A stretch of 64,000 bases of DNA from an uncultured Bacteroidales bacterium (GTDB lineage Bacteria; Bacteroidota; Bacteroidia; Bacteroidales; UBA10428), in contig CAZHQW010000008.1 of the NCBI GenBank assembly GCA_964534745.1, positions 5,156 through 69,155 on the forward strand, given 5' to 3'. How positions within the stretch are numbered: the first letter of the stretch is position 1; each line of letters begins with the position of its first letter. Of this stretch, positions 63,906 through 64,000 are shown piece after piece. The notes under the pieces were generated by a model that saw nothing but the letters and a program-made list of their open reading frames with translations, did not search any database and was not told the DNA's origin. The position numbers and the translations under genes were made by a program.

Positions 63906-64000
63906 ACAAAAATATAGGCGCTGTCCCTAATAAAAATTATTAAGGAAATGGCATCAGCAACGAATTTTGCAGGTAGATTAACAGGGATTAAAACTATATT

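Noticed and set aside
58041-63929. Direct repeat aatatRggcgctgtcccta (18 of 19 nt identical) at 58041-58059 and 63911-63929, bracketing a 5.9-kb block of six genes. It could be read as attL/attR or a target-site duplication.
   Set aside because: A rough estimate gives (64000^2/2) pairs x 58 allowed sequences / 4^19, which is about 0.4 expected chance matches of this quality per orientation. The match is therefore not statistically compelling. There is no integrase, transposase or tRNA nearby, the flanks beyond the core are just AT-rich, and copy 1 overlaps a stop codon. It would be worth a genome-wide count of the 13-mer ggcgctgtcccta, but I do not call it an element.
1-64000. Search for CRISPR arrays, mobile elements, and toxin-antitoxin or known defence-system signatures.
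   Set aside because: I saw no regularly spaced direct repeats with unique spacers. I also found no integrase, transposase or recombinase motifs, no inverted terminal repeats, and no nuclease/ATPase/helicase gene clusters in the translations. The only tandem repeats are intragenic and protein-coding (pentapeptide and 26-aa units).

Overview
This window looks like a Bacteroidota chromosomal segment. The evidence is SusC/SusD pairs, a hybrid two-component regulator, many lipoprotein signals, and seven Por/T9SS C-terminal sorting domains (five intact, two relics). All domain calls come from motifs I recognised by eye in the translations; no searches were run.

Layout:
- 1-28.6 kb: a 12-gene polysaccharide utilization locus (PUL), all on the minus strand. 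It holds GH116-like, two unassigned secreted proteins, GH78-like, a T9SS CBM protein, SusC, SusD, a surface lipoprotein, a T9SS PA14/FN3/clan GH-A-like protein, an HTCS regulator, a secreted YdjC-like protein and GH78 (cut by the window edge).
- 29-37 kb (plus strand): GH97, a Tat-exported Gfo/Idh/MocA oxidoreductase with a xylose-isomerase-like TIM-barrel partner, a small membrane protein, and a CBM9/DUF5916-type outer-membrane protein.
- 37.4-44.8 kb: a cluster without SusC/D, made of T9SS cargo and GH30, under a propeller/Y_Y_Y sensor fused directly to a LuxR HTH.
- 45-64 kb: mixed genes. These are a pentapeptide-repeat/2TM-pore fusion with a B12-radical SAM enzyme, an MscS-type channel, a membrane protein with 26-aa repeats, a PurF-like protein with Ser in place of the N-terminal Cys, OmpA, an AmmeMemoRadiSam-type radical SAM enzyme with a Tat-like leader next to an Mth938-like gene, and a TonB-dependent receptor with DUF4249.

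I found no rRNA, tRNA, CRISPR array, integrase or transposase.

Several track ORF starts are TTG/GTG extensions, and I re-set them to the internal ATG.

The observations I rank highest are:
- the unassigned PUL proteins;
- the Tat-exported oxidoreductase/TIM-barrel pair;
- the sensor-LuxR T9SS cluster;
- an orphan terminator with phased direct repeats at 44.8-45.05 kb;
- the channel/radical-SAM pair;
- the atypical PurF;
- the radical SAM enzyme with a Tat-like leader.

None of these can be shown to be novel without database searches.
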